Counted from the stretch's first letter, positions 44,509 through 54,400 are shown. The stretch: DNA of 64,000 bases from Eubacteriales bacterium (GCA_035446965.1 DAOTGE010000003.1:22574-86573); one strand, 5' to 3'. Numbers and translations are program-made. Notes: a model not told the origin generated them from the letters alone.

Positions 44509-46863
44509 ATGATCGGCGAAAAAACGTTTATCACGCTGGAATTCGATAAAATACTGGGTATTTTGAAACAGCACCTCGCCTGTGAGGTTGGCCTCGAGTA
44601 TGCCGGTAAGCTGCGTCCTGCGCTGAGCAAAAAAGACGCGGAAAGCCTGCAGGAGCAAACTGCAGAAGCCGAGGCGATCTACACAAGAACGGGAAGGACG
44701 CCGATCAGCGGCTTTCCGGACGTGCGTGAACTGGTCGGCCGCATGCACGCGGCGTTGTTTCTGAGCACGCGCGAATTGCTTGCGGTTGCGTCGGCCATGC
44801 GTGCTTCACGCGAAGCGAAGGACGTTCTGCAGTCCGGCGAGGCGGAAGGTATGCTTTGCAACATGGCAAACCGGCTGACGTCCCACCGCTCCGCCGAGGA
44901 AGAAATTGCCAGGTGTATTCTGGCCGAAGACGAGATTTCGGACAATGCGTCTCCGGAACTCAGCCGTATTCGGCGGCAGATGAAAATCGTTAATGAACGC
45001 GTCCGCGAAAAGCTCAACGGCATGCTCAGAAGCACGACTACACAGAGATATCTGCAGGAATCGATCATAACGATCAGAAATGGCCGGTATGCGCTGCCCG
45101 TCAAGGCGGAATACCGTTCACAGGTGCCGGGACTCGTACACGACCAAAGCAGCAGCGGCGCGACGCTGTTCGTCGAGCCCGCGGCCGTGGTTGAACTCGG
45201 CAACGAACACAAACGGCTCCTAGCCGAGGAGAAAAACGAGATTGAACGCATCCTTTCCGGGCTGACGGCGATGATTTCACCGTTTGCGGACGAAATCCAC
45301 GGCAGCGTGAATATGATGGGAGCGCTGGATGTGATCTTTGCCCGCGCGGTCATGGCGCGCGATATGCGCGCAGTCCGCCCGGAGCTCAACGACGAGGGAA
45401 AAATCCGCATTGTGAAAGGGCGGCATCCGTTGATTGCGCGGGATGCTGTCGTGCCGGTCGATATTTGGATGGGTGAAACATTCCAAACGTTGATCATCAC
45501 CGGCCCGAATACGGGCGGTAAAACCGTTACGCTCAAGACGGTCGGCCTTTTTACGCTCATGGCGATGAGCGGGATGTTCATCCCTGCAGAAATTGGAACG
45601 CAGCTTTCAACATTTGAGAGCGTATTTGCCGATATTGGCGACGAGCAGTCCATCGAGCAGTCGCTTTCAACGTTTTCCGCGCACATGACGAACACGGTGC
45701 ATATTCTGGCCGAGGCGGACGAGCGTTCTTTGGTGCTGCTCGACGAACTCGGCGCGGGCACGGACCCGATTGAGGGCGCGGCGCTGGCGCAGGCAATACT
45801 GGAGAGCCTGTATGAGCGGCACACGCTGACGGTCGCCACCACGCATTACAGCGAGATTAAGGCGTTCGCGCTGATGCATCCCGGCATGCAGAATGCATCC
45901 ATGGAATTCGACGTGGACCGGCTTTGCCCGACCTACCGGCTGTTTATCGGTATCCCCGGAAAATCCAACGCGTTTGAAATTTCCAGGAGACTCGGACTCA
46001 GCGGGGATGTGATCGAGCGCGCGCAGACGTTTCTGCAAAAGAAGGATATCGCGTTTGAAAACGTCCTGTCCGAGGCGGAGCAGGCGAGGCGGAGCGCGGA
46101 GGACGACCGGGATGAAGCAAGACGCGCGCTCGCCGAAGCGGAAAAAATCAGAACGGAACTGAAGAAGCAGCAGCAAAAGCTGGAGGATGAAAAAACGCAG
46201 CTCCGGCAGAAGGCGCGCGAGGATGCAAGGCGCATGGTGCAGGAGACGCGCCGGGATATGGAGCGATTGATTGCGCAGCTGCGCACGGTTGAAAACATCG
46301 ATAAAAAACAACTGGAACGCGCCGTGCAGAAATCGCGCGACGCAATGCGGGAAACGGAAGAACGTCTCTATGAACAAGCGACGCAGCGGGACGCGGCGGG
46401 CGAACCGCCGGCCTCGGTCACGCCGGGGGAACGCGTGCGCCTGATTACACTCGGACAGGAGGCGACCGTGCTCAAAAAAGCGGATGGCAAAGGAGAAGTG
46501 CTGGTGCAGGCGGGCATCATTAAAATGAGCGTGCCGCTCGGCGATCTGCGCCCGGTCGAAACAAAGGAAAAACCCAGGCGGACGTCCGCGAAGGTGACGC
46601 TATCGGAAGACCGGGGGAGCGCCATGCGGCTGGATCTGCGCGGGAAGATGGTCGACGACGCATGCATGGAAATCGACCGGTTTATCGACAACGCGTCCAT
46701 AACGGGAATCAGCGAGTTTTCCATTGTGCACGGAAAAGGGACCGGCGCGCTGCGCACAGGCGTGCAGGCCTATCTCAAGCGGAATCCGCGCGTCAAAACC
46801 TTCCGGATCGGCGCGTATGGCGAAGGCGACGCGGGGGTAACGATCGTTACTCTGAAGCAGTAA
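44509..46863 (+). CDS. mutS2: Endonuclease MutS2 (MutS domain plus C-terminal Smr)
   Basis: Walker A GPNTGGKT, LLDELGAGTDP, a long K/E/R coiled-coil linker and a C-terminal Smr domain (LDLRG...IVHGKGTGALR). Confidence 0.96.
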   Translation: MIGEKTFITLEFDKILGILKQHLACEVGLEYAGKLRPALSKKDAESLQEQTAEAEAIYTRTGRTPISGFPDVRELVGRMHAALFLSTRELLAVASAMRASREAKDVLQSGEAEGMLCNMANRLTSHRSAEEEIARCILAEDEISDNASPELSRIRRQMKIVNERVREKLNGMLRSTTTQRYLQESIITIRNGRYALPVKAEYRSQVPGLVHDQSSSGATLFVEPAAVVELGNEHKRLLAEEKNEIERILSGLTAMISPFADEIHGSVNMMGALDVIFARAVMARDMRAVRPELNDEGKIRIVKGRHPLIARDAVVPVDIWMGETFQTLIITGPNTGGKTVTLKTVGLFTLMAMSGMFIPAEIGTQLSTFESVFADIGDEQSIEQSLSTFSAHMTNTVHILAEADERSLVLLDELGAGTDPIEGAALAQAILESLYERHTLTVATTHYSEIKAFALMHPGMQNASMEFDVDRLCPTYRLFIGIPGKSNAFEISRRLGLSGDVIERAQTFLQKKDIAFENVLSEAEQARRSAEDDRDEARRALAEAEKIRTELKKQQQKLEDEKTQLRQKAREDARRMVQETRRDMERLIAQLRTVENIDKKQLERAVQKSRDAMRETEERLYEQATQRDAAGEPPASVTPGERVRLITLGQEATVLKKADGKGEVLVQAGIIKMSVPLGDLRPVETKEKPRRTSAKVTLSEDRGSAMRLDLRGKMVDDACMEIDRFIDNASITGISEFSIVHGKGTGALRTGVQAYLKRNPRVKTFRIGAYGEGDAGVTIVTLKQ

Positions 46864-46896
46864 CGAAGCAAAGAACAGCAAATGTGAGAAGCCCGG

Positions 46897-46930
46897 CGCC
46901 TCGCTGTTTCAACAGCGAGGCGTTTGTGTG
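46897..46930 (+). terminator. Intrinsic terminator after mutS2
   Basis: cgcctcgctg (46897-46906) pairs with cagcgaggcg (46913-46922), followed by tttgtgtg. Confidence 0.6.
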
Positions 46931-46946
46931 ACAAAATATCATCCCG

Positions 46947-46976
46947 TTGGACAAACGTATAAAAAACTGCTATACT
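46947..46976 (+). promoter_or_regulatory. Candidate promoter of the two-component / htrA operon
   Basis: TTGGAC (46947-46952), 18 nt, TATACT (46971-46976). Confidence 0.4.
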
Positions 46977-47029
46977 CTATCCAAATGTGAGAGTATGCCA
47001 CACATCCAAAAGACAACGGAGGTGATCGG

Positions 47030-47707
47030 GTGGAGAACAATACCATTCTGGTCATCGATGACGACCGGAACATTCTGGCTATCATCGAATTGTACTTAAA
47101 AAAGGCCGGTTTCCAGGTTTATACCTGCGCCGACGGGACCTCCGCAATGGCGGCGTTTCACGAGACAAAGCCCACGCTCGTCGTGCTGGACATCATGCTT
47201 CCGGGACGGGACGGCTGGGCCGTTCTTCACGATATCCGCATGGAGAGCGAAACGCCGGTCATCATGCTTACGGCAAAAGGCGACACGGGCGACCGTGTAC
47301 AGGGCCTTGAACTCGGCGCGGACGACTATATCTCCAAGCCGTTCGACGCAAAAGAGCTGATTGCGCGCATCAAAGCGGTGCTCAGGAGGAGCACTCCTGC
47401 CGAACCGGAGCGTACAATTTCACTGCCGGGGCTCACCGTATCGCTGGAAAACTACGCGGTGACGCTGGACGGCAGACAGCTAGAAATGCCGCCGAAGGAG
47501 ATTGAACTGCTCTATTTCCTCGCATCCCACACCGGAAAGGTGTTCACGCGCGAGCAGCTGCTCGAGCAGGTATGGGGGTTTGACTTTTTCGGAGATTCAC
47601 GCACGGTGGACGTGCATGTCAAGCGGATTCGCGAAAAACTCGGCGACAATCACGAGTGGGAACTGCGCACCGTTTGGGGAGTGGGCTACAAATTCGAGCA
47701 GAAGTGA
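47030..47707 (+). CDS. OmpR/PhoB-family response regulator
   Basis: Receiver with canonical DD (LVIDDD), phospho-Asp LDIMLP, T (LTA) and K (KPF). A winged-helix output domain is present (LTPKEIELLYFL...RTVDVHV.R.R.KL). GTG start follows ggaggtga. Confidence 0.95.
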   Translation: MENNTILVIDDDRNILAIIELYLKKAGFQVYTCADGTSAMAAFHETKPTLVVLDIMLPGRDGWAVLHDIRMESETPVIMLTAKGDTGDRVQGLELGADDYISKPFDAKELIARIKAVLRRSTPAEPERTISLPGLTVSLENYAVTLDGRQLEMPPKEIELLYFLASHTGKVFTREQLLEQVWGFDFFGDSRTVDVHVKRIREKLGDNHEWELRTVWGVGYKFEQK

Positions 47708-47716
47708 TGCGGTTAC

Positions 47717-49201
47717 ATGCACAAGGACTTTCTTCGTACGCTTTTTTCCCGAATGCTGACAACTTATATGTCCGTGACGATTGGGCTGCTGCTGCTTTCG
47801 GGCGCCGTCATTGGCATGCTGATGTCGGGTTTTATTATGCGCGAGGAAAAACAGACCATCGCAAATGAAATTGCGGTCGTCAACGAACTGTACTTTAACA
47901 TAACGAGCTCTTCGATCGGCGAAAACGCTTCCATCATGGAACTCAATACGATTGCGCGGCACTTCGACGGATTGATTCAGGTCATTTCGCTGGACGGCTC
48001 CATGGCGCAATATTCCTCCGGCTCTAAGTGGGACGAAATTATGAATACCCGTTATACGGAGGGGGAAATTACGCGCATGCTGCATGCGGTGTCCGATCTG
48101 GACTCGAGCAGCGTGCGTTTTACACAGGAAAAAGGCAGTTTTCGCATGCTGATCGGCACGAAGCCTGTCATGGACGACGGGGTCGCGTCCTATGTCATCC
48201 GTTTTTACGTGGACATCACGGACGCGCGCGGAGCGGTCGCGGTCGCATATGTAGAGGTTATACTGGTGTCGCTGATTGCGGTGCTGCTTTCCGTCATTGT
48301 TGTGTACTATACCACGACGCGGCTGACGCGGCCGTTTATGGAAATCAACGACATCGTCCAGAAGTATTCAAAAGGCGATTATAACGTCCGCATCCCAATC
48401 AGCAGCATTGAGGAAGCGACGCAGCTGGCCATCAGCTTTAATGCAATGGCCGACCAGCTGAAAGATCTGGAGGCGACGAGACGGAGCTTCGTTGCAAATG
48501 TGAGCCACGAACTGCGTTCTCCGCTGACGAGTATGAAAGGTTTTCTGGAGGCGATGCAGGACGGCACGATCGGCCCGGATGAGTACGAGAAATATATCGA
48601 TATCGTGCTTTCGGAAACAAAGCGCATGGCGGTGATGGTCAACGACCTTCTGGACCTTGCGCGGATCGAATCCGGCAGGACGGCGATCAAGCTCGAAATT
48701 TTCGATATCAACGAACTGATCCGGCGGACGCTGATTACCTTTGAAGCGCGCATCTACGAAAGACACCTGGACGTCGATGTGAAGTTTGCACAGGAACAGT
48801 ATTATGTGGAAGCGGACAGCGCGCAGATTTCGCAGGTGCTGCGCAATATCATCGACAATGCGATCAAGTATACGCCGGAAAACTGCAAACTCAGAATTGC
48901 GACGTATGCAATGCGCCGGGAGATATACGTAAGAATACAGGACAGCGGACCGGGCATACCGGAAGCGGACGTTCCGCATGTGTTCGACCGGTTTTACAAG
49001 GTTGAAAAAGCACACACGCCCACAAAACAGAGCGGCACCGGGCTGGGCCTGTCGATTGTGAAACGCATTATCGATCAGCACAACCAGACCATTACCCTCA
49101 AGAGTGCAAAGGGCAAAGGCTGCATATTTACTTTTACGCTGAAACGCGCGCCGGCGCCGAAACGAGCACCGGCAGACGGAGGAAAGAAAAATGGAGTATA
49201 A
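47717..49201 (+). CDS. Sensor histidine kinase (two TM, HAMP, HisKA, HATPase_c)
   Basis: H-box FVANVSHELRSPLTS, N-box NAIKYTP and G-boxes DSGPGIP and GTGLGLSIV. Confidence 0.93.
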   Translation: MHKDFLRTLFSRMLTTYMSVTIGLLLLSGAVIGMLMSGFIMREEKQTIANEIAVVNELYFNITSSSIGENASIMELNTIARHFDGLIQVISLDGSMAQYSSGSKWDEIMNTRYTEGEITRMLHAVSDLDSSSVRFTQEKGSFRMLIGTKPVMDDGVASYVIRFYVDITDARGAVAVAYVEVILVSLIAVLLSVIVVYYTTTRLTRPFMEINDIVQKYSKGDYNVRIPISSIEEATQLAISFNAMADQLKDLEATRRSFVANVSHELRSPLTSMKGFLEAMQDGTIGPDEYEKYIDIVLSETKRMAVMVNDLLDLARIESGRTAIKLEIFDINELIRRTLITFEARIYERHLDVDVKFAQEQYYVEADSAQISQVLRNIIDNAIKYTPENCKLRIATYAMRREIYVRIQDSGPGIPEADVPHVFDRFYKVEKAHTPTKQSGTGLGLSIVKRIIDQHNQTITLKSAKGKGCIFTFTLKRAPAPKRAPADGGKKNGV

Positions 49202-50534
49202 CGGATTCTACAGTTCGGACCAGGGGGGCAAAAAAGGCGGACGCGGCGGAAACGTGTTTGCAACAATCGTTATTATCATTGTAATAGCGTTGCTTGCGCT
49301 GCTCATCGTGGGACTGTTCTGGCCCGAAGCGCTTGGTCTGTCGGGAAACGAAACCTATGAGCCGGCGATAACGGCAACGCCTGCACAGACCGATATGCCG
49401 ACGCCTACACCGGAGCAGGCGGCAGAGGTCCCTGAGGCGACCGCAACGCCGCAGGTAAGTGAAGAGGACCGGACCATGCCGGACCTCGACGGAGAAACGC
49501 CCGACATCCCCGGTGTGGTCGAGAACCCGATTCCCGACATCTACGATGCGGTTTCTCCCGGCGTTGTCGGCGTAATCAATTACACGAAAACGATCAGCCT
49601 CAACGGCAAGGAAGATTATGAAGTGTACGGCAGCGGGACGGGGTTTGCCGTTTCGAGCGAAGGCTACATCCTCACGAACGCGCACGTAGTCGACGGTGCG
49701 GATAAACTCACGGTCAAGCTGGTCGGCGAAGACGACGAACGGGATGCCGTCCTGATTGGTTCGGACACGGAAACCGACATTGCCGTGCTCAAGGTGGAGG
49801 GTGTGACGCTCCAGCCGCTGAAACTCGGCGATTCGGACAGCGTACGCGTTGGGGAATATGTGCTGGCAATCGGCAATCCGCTTTCCACGGACGAGCTGGC
49901 CAACACGATTACGTTCGGCATCATCAGCGCGACCACACGTGAAATCACGATCGACAACTATACAAACACCTATCTGCAGACGGATGCGGCAATCAACTTC
50001 GGCAACAGCGGCGGGCCGCTGATCAACATGCAGGGCGAGGTAATCGGCATTAACAGCGCAAAGACCATCACGGCCGGATACGACGAATACGGCAACGCGG
50101 TCAGCGCCGAGGGGATTGGGTTTGCACTGCCGATTAACCAGGCAAAGAAGATCATGGAAATTCTGATTACCGAAGGCATCGTGGAACGGCCGGGCGTCGG
50201 CATTACGGTCAGCACCGTGACCGAAGAGCTTGCCGAGGCCAACGGCGTGCCGGTCGGCGCATATGTCGAAAGCGTGGTCAAGGATCGTCCTGCCGCGGAG
50301 GCGGGCGTCCTTGCGGGCGATATCATCGTTGAGGCCAATGGAAAAACGATTACAGACCACGAAGAACTTGTGGATATCGTTTTGAGCTGTACGATTGGCG
50401 ACGAACTGAAAATCAAGGTATATCGCGACGGTGAATACCTCGATCTGACCATTGTGATTGGCAACAAGAGTGAAATGGACTTCGACGATGTCGTCGACGA
50501 CGGTACGACGCCGTCTCCTACGCCAAGCTACTAA
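49191..50534 (+). CDS. htrA: HtrA/DegP-family trypsin-like serine protease with PDZ domain
   Basis: TM anchor, a P/T/E-rich linker, catalytic triad contexts TNAHVV, D.AVLK and GNSGGPL, and a C-terminal PDZ. Its start overlaps the kinase stop by 11 nt. Confidence 0.93.
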   Translation: MEYNGFYSSDQGGKKGGRGGNVFATIVIIIVIALLALLIVGLFWPEALGLSGNETYEPAITATPAQTDMPTPTPEQAAEVPEATATPQVSEEDRTMPDLDGETPDIPGVVENPIPDIYDAVSPGVVGVINYTKTISLNGKEDYEVYGSGTGFAVSSEGYILTNAHVVDGADKLTVKLVGEDDERDAVLIGSDTETDIAVLKVEGVTLQPLKLGDSDSVRVGEYVLAIGNPLSTDELANTITFGIISATTREITIDNYTNTYLQTDAAINFGNSGGPLINMQGEVIGINSAKTITAGYDEYGNAVSAEGIGFALPINQAKKIMEILITEGIVERPGVGITVSTVTEELAEANGVPVGAYVESVVKDRPAAEAGVLAGDIIVEANGKTITDHEELVDIVLSCTIGDELKIKVYRDGEYLDLTIVIGNKSEMDFDDVVDDGTTPSPTPSY

Positions 50535-50574
50535 ATTGCATTGGCGCGGGAAACTGGTGATATATTTTTGAAAA

Positions 50575-50602
50575 GGGAGCGCTCCGTCAGCGGAGCGCTC
50601 CC
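50575..50602. terminator. Bidirectional terminator between convergent htrA and ppx
   Basis: Perfect 12-bp stem gggagcgctccg-tcag-cggagcgctccc. Confidence 0.6.
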
Positions 50603-50624
50603 TTCGCATTAACAGCGAAAAAGG

Positions 50625-51542
50625 TTATTCTGTGAGCAGACGATACAGATGCAGCGCATATCCGTCCAGCCCGTCGCTGAGCGTTGCCGCAATGCGCGAA
50701 GCATGCAGGTGCTCCATCACAAAAAGAAGGATAACGCCGCCGTGCAGGATGACGTCGTGCCGGTCGCGCAGCAGCGGGATGGAAGCGCGCTCGGCGTCTC
50801 CCATATTGCTCAGGGACTGGAGCGTTGCACACAGATCGAGGAACTCGATGTTTTTATCACCTTGCCACTCGGCAAACTCGGTTTGCCCCGCGCAGAGCAG
50901 CGCGAGCGTCGTGATCGTTCCGCCGACGCCAAGCGGAAACGTCCGGCTCATGTTGGAGACGGCGTCGGACGCAGGAACGTCCGCGTGCCCGTCCGCGCCG
51001 GGAAGCTCGAACAGCCCGGAAAGGACGGGACGCAGCGTGTCGATAATCATGTTCAGGTCGTCGAACGGGGCAAGGTCCTTTGCGCGGACGCAGCCGATCG
51101 GCCAGCTTTCGCGCGAGCGGGTGCGCACGATCTGCGTGCTGCCGCCGCCGATGTCGACGATTGTGCGTTTTCCGCCGGGGTCCGCACCGAGCTGCGCGAA
51201 TCGCGCTTCCTCTTTGCCGCTGAGAACGCGTATGTGCCCGTTGCCGATGACTTCTTCAACGGCGCGCACAAAAACAGCACCGTTGTCCGCATCGCGGACG
51301 GCGCTGGTTGCATATGCATAGCATGGGCAGCCGAGACGGCTCAGTTCGTTGTGAATGGAACGGATGACGAGCAGGGACTGGCGCATCCGCGCGTCGGAGA
51401 GACGGCCGCTCTCTGCGAGGCCTTCCGCCAGACGCGTGGTGTAAACATGCTTTCCGCCGATTACAGGAGAAGTGTCCGCGCCTTTAAAAATGCGTGCGGT
51501 GCGGATTGAATTGCTGCCGATGTCGAAAAGCAGAAATTTCAT
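50625..51542 (-). CDS. Ppx/GppA family phosphatase (N-terminal ASKHA domains only)
   Basis: FDIGSNSIR and DIGGGSTQ motifs are present in a 305-aa protein. Confidence 0.88.
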   Translation of the reverse strand: MKFLLFDIGSNSIRTARIFKGADTSPVIGGKHVYTTRLAEGLAESGRLSDARMRQSLLVIRSIHNELSRLGCPCYAYATSAVRDADNGAVFVRAVEEVIGNGHIRVLSGKEEARFAQLGADPGGKRTIVDIGGGSTQIVRTRSRESWPIGCVRAKDLAPFDDLNMIIDTLRPVLSGLFELPGADGHADVPASDAVSNMSRTFPLGVGGTITTLALLCAGQTEFAEWQGDKNIEFLDLCATLQSLSNMGDAERASIPLLRDRHDVILHGGVILLFVMEHLHASRIAATLSDGLDGYALHLYRLLTE

Positions 51543-52003
51543 GGCGCGAACGTAACGATCGGAACGTCCGGGTTCTCCTCTGTCGGAGCCGGCGTCGGGG
51601 AAGGCGAAGGTGTTGGCGAGGGCGAAGGCGTCGGCGAGCCGATCGGGAGATCGGCGGCGGATTGTGCGGTGACCTGCTGTTCGTCCGTCGTATCCTCGTA
51701 GAATTTCCAGTCGTCCGGGAAAACGTATCCGAGTTTTTCGCGTGCATATTGAATTAAATAATCGGTCGTCTGCATGTATTCGAGCATTCGCTCGAGCCGC
51801 TCCTCATTGACTTTCAGAGAATCCAGTTTAGTTTGAAGCGTTACTTTTTCTTCGGCAATGCTCTCAAGCTTGGTTTGCTGCGAAAGGAAAACACCGCCCA
51901 GCACGAAAAATGTCAGGATGAAAAAAAGGATGATATAACGCGGCCGAATGCGAAGGCCGCTGCTTGTGCGTTCTAAAGGTCGCCTTGCCATGCTGTGTAT
52001 CAT
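51539..52003 (-). CDS. divIC: Septum formation initiator family protein (FtsB/DivIC-like) with a P/S/T-repeat tail
   Basis: Single TM (YIILFFILTFFVLGGVF), a coiled coil and Y...AREKLGY motif. The C-terminal tail is PTPSPSPTPSPSPTPAP. An ATGA overlap links it to ppx. The start could be 52003 or 51991, with no clear SD at either. Confidence 0.78.
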   Translation of the reverse strand: MIHSMARRPLERTSSGLRIRPRYIILFFILTFFVLGGVFLSQQTKLESIAEEKVTLQTKLDSLKVNEERLERMLEYMQTTDYLIQYAREKLGYVFPDDWKFYEDTTDEQQVTAQSAADLPIGSPTPSPSPTPSPSPTPAPTEENPDVPIVTFAP

Positions 52004-52318
52004 AGCACAGAGTGCTTAAAAAGGAAAGGGAAGCGTAAAATGGTTTTCAAAAAGGTTACACGGTGTTGACCATTGCGGTATCGGAACCGAATGTCCGGCG
52101 CGTAGAATAATAAAAATATCTGGCAAAAATTGAAGGGAACGGTTATAATGTCAGGAAATGGCCGAAAACGCATATGCGGTGTGAAACGCCGGATAATCGT
52201 TGCGCAAACGGCCGCAGAGTGCGGGGGCTGCTTTTGCTTGTAAAAATTTCCCCGCAGGGTGCCGCCATGGAAAATTAACGCGTAATTGCAATAATGTTGT
52301 GAAAAATGGCGCTGTGTA

Positions 52319-52347
52319 TTGACAAAAAACACGCCCGAGGATATGAT
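52319..52347 (+). promoter_or_regulatory. Strong sigma-A-type promoter of rho
   Basis: TTGACA (52319-52324), 17 nt, TATGAT (52342-52347). It would give a ~75-80 nt leader before the TTG start. Confidence 0.55.
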
Positions 52348-52430
52348 TTCTTCATCCAGGAATCACATCCATTATCCTTTTCGATTTCGTTGACAGGTAA
52401 CGTTTTCTTACCGCAGAGAGGAGCATACAG

Positions 52431-54251
52431 TTGAACAAAGAACAGTTGGAGGCGAAAAGCCTTGGAGATTTGCGTGAAATCGCAAAGCTGCAGGGTGTCA
52501 AATCTATTACCAAATACAGGAAAAGCGAGCTGATCGACATCATCATGTCGGGCGGCGTCGTTCATGAGGGTGCAGGCGGGGATTCGGATGATTCCGGCGA
52601 GGAAGACGTTCGCGGCATCGAGCCTTCCGATTCTTCGGACGGACAGGATTTGGGCGAAAGAGACGCTCGTTCCACGCAGCCCCCCGATCAGGGCGGATAC
52701 CGGCGCTCCAGTTATTCGCCGCGGCCTTATCAAAGCAAACCTTATTATGACAACCGTTCACAACAGAGCGGGTACCAAAGAAGACAGTATCCGCGCGGTG
52801 GTTATCAGCAGGGCGGATATCAAAGAGGCGGCTACCAGCAGGGCGGGTATCAGCAGCAGGGCGGCTACCAGCAGCAGGGTGGCTACCAGCAAGGCGGTTA
52901 TCAGCAGGGCGGTGCGCCGCAGCAAGGCGGCTATCAGCCGCAGCAGGGATACCAGGCCGAAGGATACGGGGCCGACCAGCCGGGCTATGAAGAAGACCGC
53001 CGCTACCGTCCGCGTACGGAAGGCTACTATAATAAGGATTACGGCACCAGCAATCCCGCTGTGCCGGAGATTCTTCAAACCGGTGAATGCGGCGACGCGG
53101 AGGGCGTGCTGGAAGTTCTGCCGGACGGATACGGTTTCCTCCGCAGCGAAAACTATCTTTCCGGTCAGCATGACGTTTACGTTTCAATTGCACAGATCCG
53201 CCGGTTCGGCCTGCGCACGGGCGACATGGTCACGGGCAAAACTCGCCCGTCCAAAGAAGGCGAGCGTTTTCTCGCGCTTTTGTATATCACTGCGGTAAAC
53301 GGCGAACCGCCCGAAAACATCGTGGAGCGCAAGCCGTTTGAAGAACTCGTTCCGATTTTCCCGTTTGAACGCTATACGCTCGAATGCGAAGGTGCGAACA
53401 GCCTTGCAATCCGTCTGATCGACCTGATTGCGCCAATCGGCAAAGGCCAGCGCGCAATGATCGTTTCCCAGCCAAAGGCGGGCAAAACGACGCTTTTAAA
53501 GAATATTGCAAAAGGCATATCCACGAACTATCCGGACACGCATCTGATCGTCCTTCTGATCGACGAGCGTCCCGAGGAAGTGACGGACATGCAGCGCTCC
53601 ATCAAGGGCGAAGTGCTGTATTCCACATTCGACGAACTGCCGGAACACCATACCCGCGTTGCGGAGATGGTGCAGGAGCGCGCAATGCGCCTGGTCGAAA
53701 TGGGCAAGGACGTCGTAATCCTTCTGGACAGCTTAACGCGGCTTGCGCGCGCATACAACCTGACAATCCCGCCGACGGGGCGCACGCTTTCCGGCGGCAT
53801 GGACCCGGGCGCGCTGCATAAGCCGAAGCGCTTCTTCGGCGCGGCGAGAAAAATTGAAAACGGCGGCAGCCTGACCGTTATCGCGACCGCGCTGACCGAA
53901 ACCGGCAGCCGCATGGACGACATGGTCTACGAGGAGTTCAAGGGCACGGGCAACATGGAAATCCATCTTGACCGCAAACTCAGCGAGCGACGCATCTTCC
54001 CGGCGATCGACATCTACAAGTCCGGAACGCGCAGGGAAGACCTGCTGTTGAGCAAGGAAGAACTGGAGGCCGTGCAGACGATTCGCCGTGTACTCGGCGG
54101 AGGGAATCCGGCAGAAGTGACGGAGCACCTGATCGGCATGCTGGAAAAGACGTCCACCAACGAGGAGTTCTTACAGAAACTCAAAGATTGGACGAATATT
54201 TACGAAAAAGACGGCTATACGACGATGTCCACCAGCCGGTACGGCAAATAA
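52431..54251 (+). CDS. rho: Transcription termination factor Rho with a large N-terminal insertion domain
   Basis: TTG start follows gagaggag. Rho_N is ([28 protein letters not shown]) and the CSD-like RNA-binding domain is ([14 protein letters not shown]...[15 protein letters not shown]). Walker [10 protein letters not shown] and the C-terminal ATPase are present. About 180 aa are inserted between the two N-terminal subdomains. Confidence 0.96.
   Translation: MNKEQLEAKSLGDLREIAKLQGVKSITKYRKSELIDIIMSGGVVHEGAGGDSDDSGEEDVRGIEPSDSSDGQDLGERDARSTQPPDQGGYRRSSYSPRPYQSKPYYDNRSQQSGYQRRQYPRGGYQQGGYQRGGYQQGGYQQQGGYQQQGGYQQGGYQQGGAPQQGGYQPQQGYQAEGYGADQPGYEEDRRYRPRTEGYYNKDYGTSNPAVPEILQTGECGDAEGVLEVLPDGYGFLRSENYLSGQHDVYVSIAQIRRFGLRTGDMVTGKTRPSKEGERFLALLYITAVNGEPPENIVERKPFEELVPIFPFERYTLECEGANSLAIRLIDLIAPIGKGQRAMIVSQPKAGKTTLLKNIAKGISTNYPDTHLIVLLIDERPEEVTDMQRSIKGEVLYSTFDELPEHHTRVAEMVQERAMRLVEMGKDVVILLDSLTRLARAYNLTIPPTGRTLSGGMDPGALHKPKRFFGAARKIENGGSLTVIATALTETGSRMDDMVYEEFKGTGNMEIHLDRKLSERRIFPAIDIYKSGTRREDLLLSKEELEAVQTIRRVLGGGNPAEVTEHLIGMLEKTSTNEEFLQKLKDWTNIYEKDGYTTMSTSRYGK
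52797..52955 (+). repeat. In-frame imperfect 15-18 nt tandem repeat encoding (R/Q)GGYQQ units inside rho
   Basis: The DNA reads ggtggttatcagcag / ggcggatatcaaaga / ggcggctaccagcag / ggcgggtatcagcagcag / ggcggctaccagcagcag / ggtggctaccagcaa / ggcggttatcagcag and so on. It translates to [39 protein letters not shown].... Confidence 0.85.
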
Positions 54252-54336
54252 CTGCGCGTGCCGGACCGACATGGTTTGTTTACTGTGCAATCGTGAATTT
54301 TGTACGTTATTTTCAGGAAAAACCTGAAAAAAGCGG

Positions 54337-54365
54337 TTGCTTTTTTCGCTGTGCATGGTTATAAT
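54337..54365 (+). promoter_or_regulatory. Sigma-A-type promoter of rpmE
   Basis: TTGCTT (54337-54342), 17 nt, TATAAT (54360-54365). Confidence 0.55.
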
Positions 54366-54400
54366 AGCCGATGGTAGTGTTTATAAGGGAGTGAACTAGC

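Noticed and set aside
52797-52955. A tandem repeat that could superficially be mistaken for a CRISPR-like or VNTR locus.
   Set aside because: The units are 15-18 nt, contiguous without spacers, and in-frame within rho. It is not a CRISPR array, and no cas genes are present in the window.
52543-53298. Alternative-frame ORFs across the rho repeat region: 52564-53298 (+), 52543-53193 (-) and 52758-53171 (-).
   Set aside because: They are by-products of the low-complexity GGYQQ-coding tandem repeat, where all frames stay open. Only the rho frame connects to conserved Rho domains on both sides.
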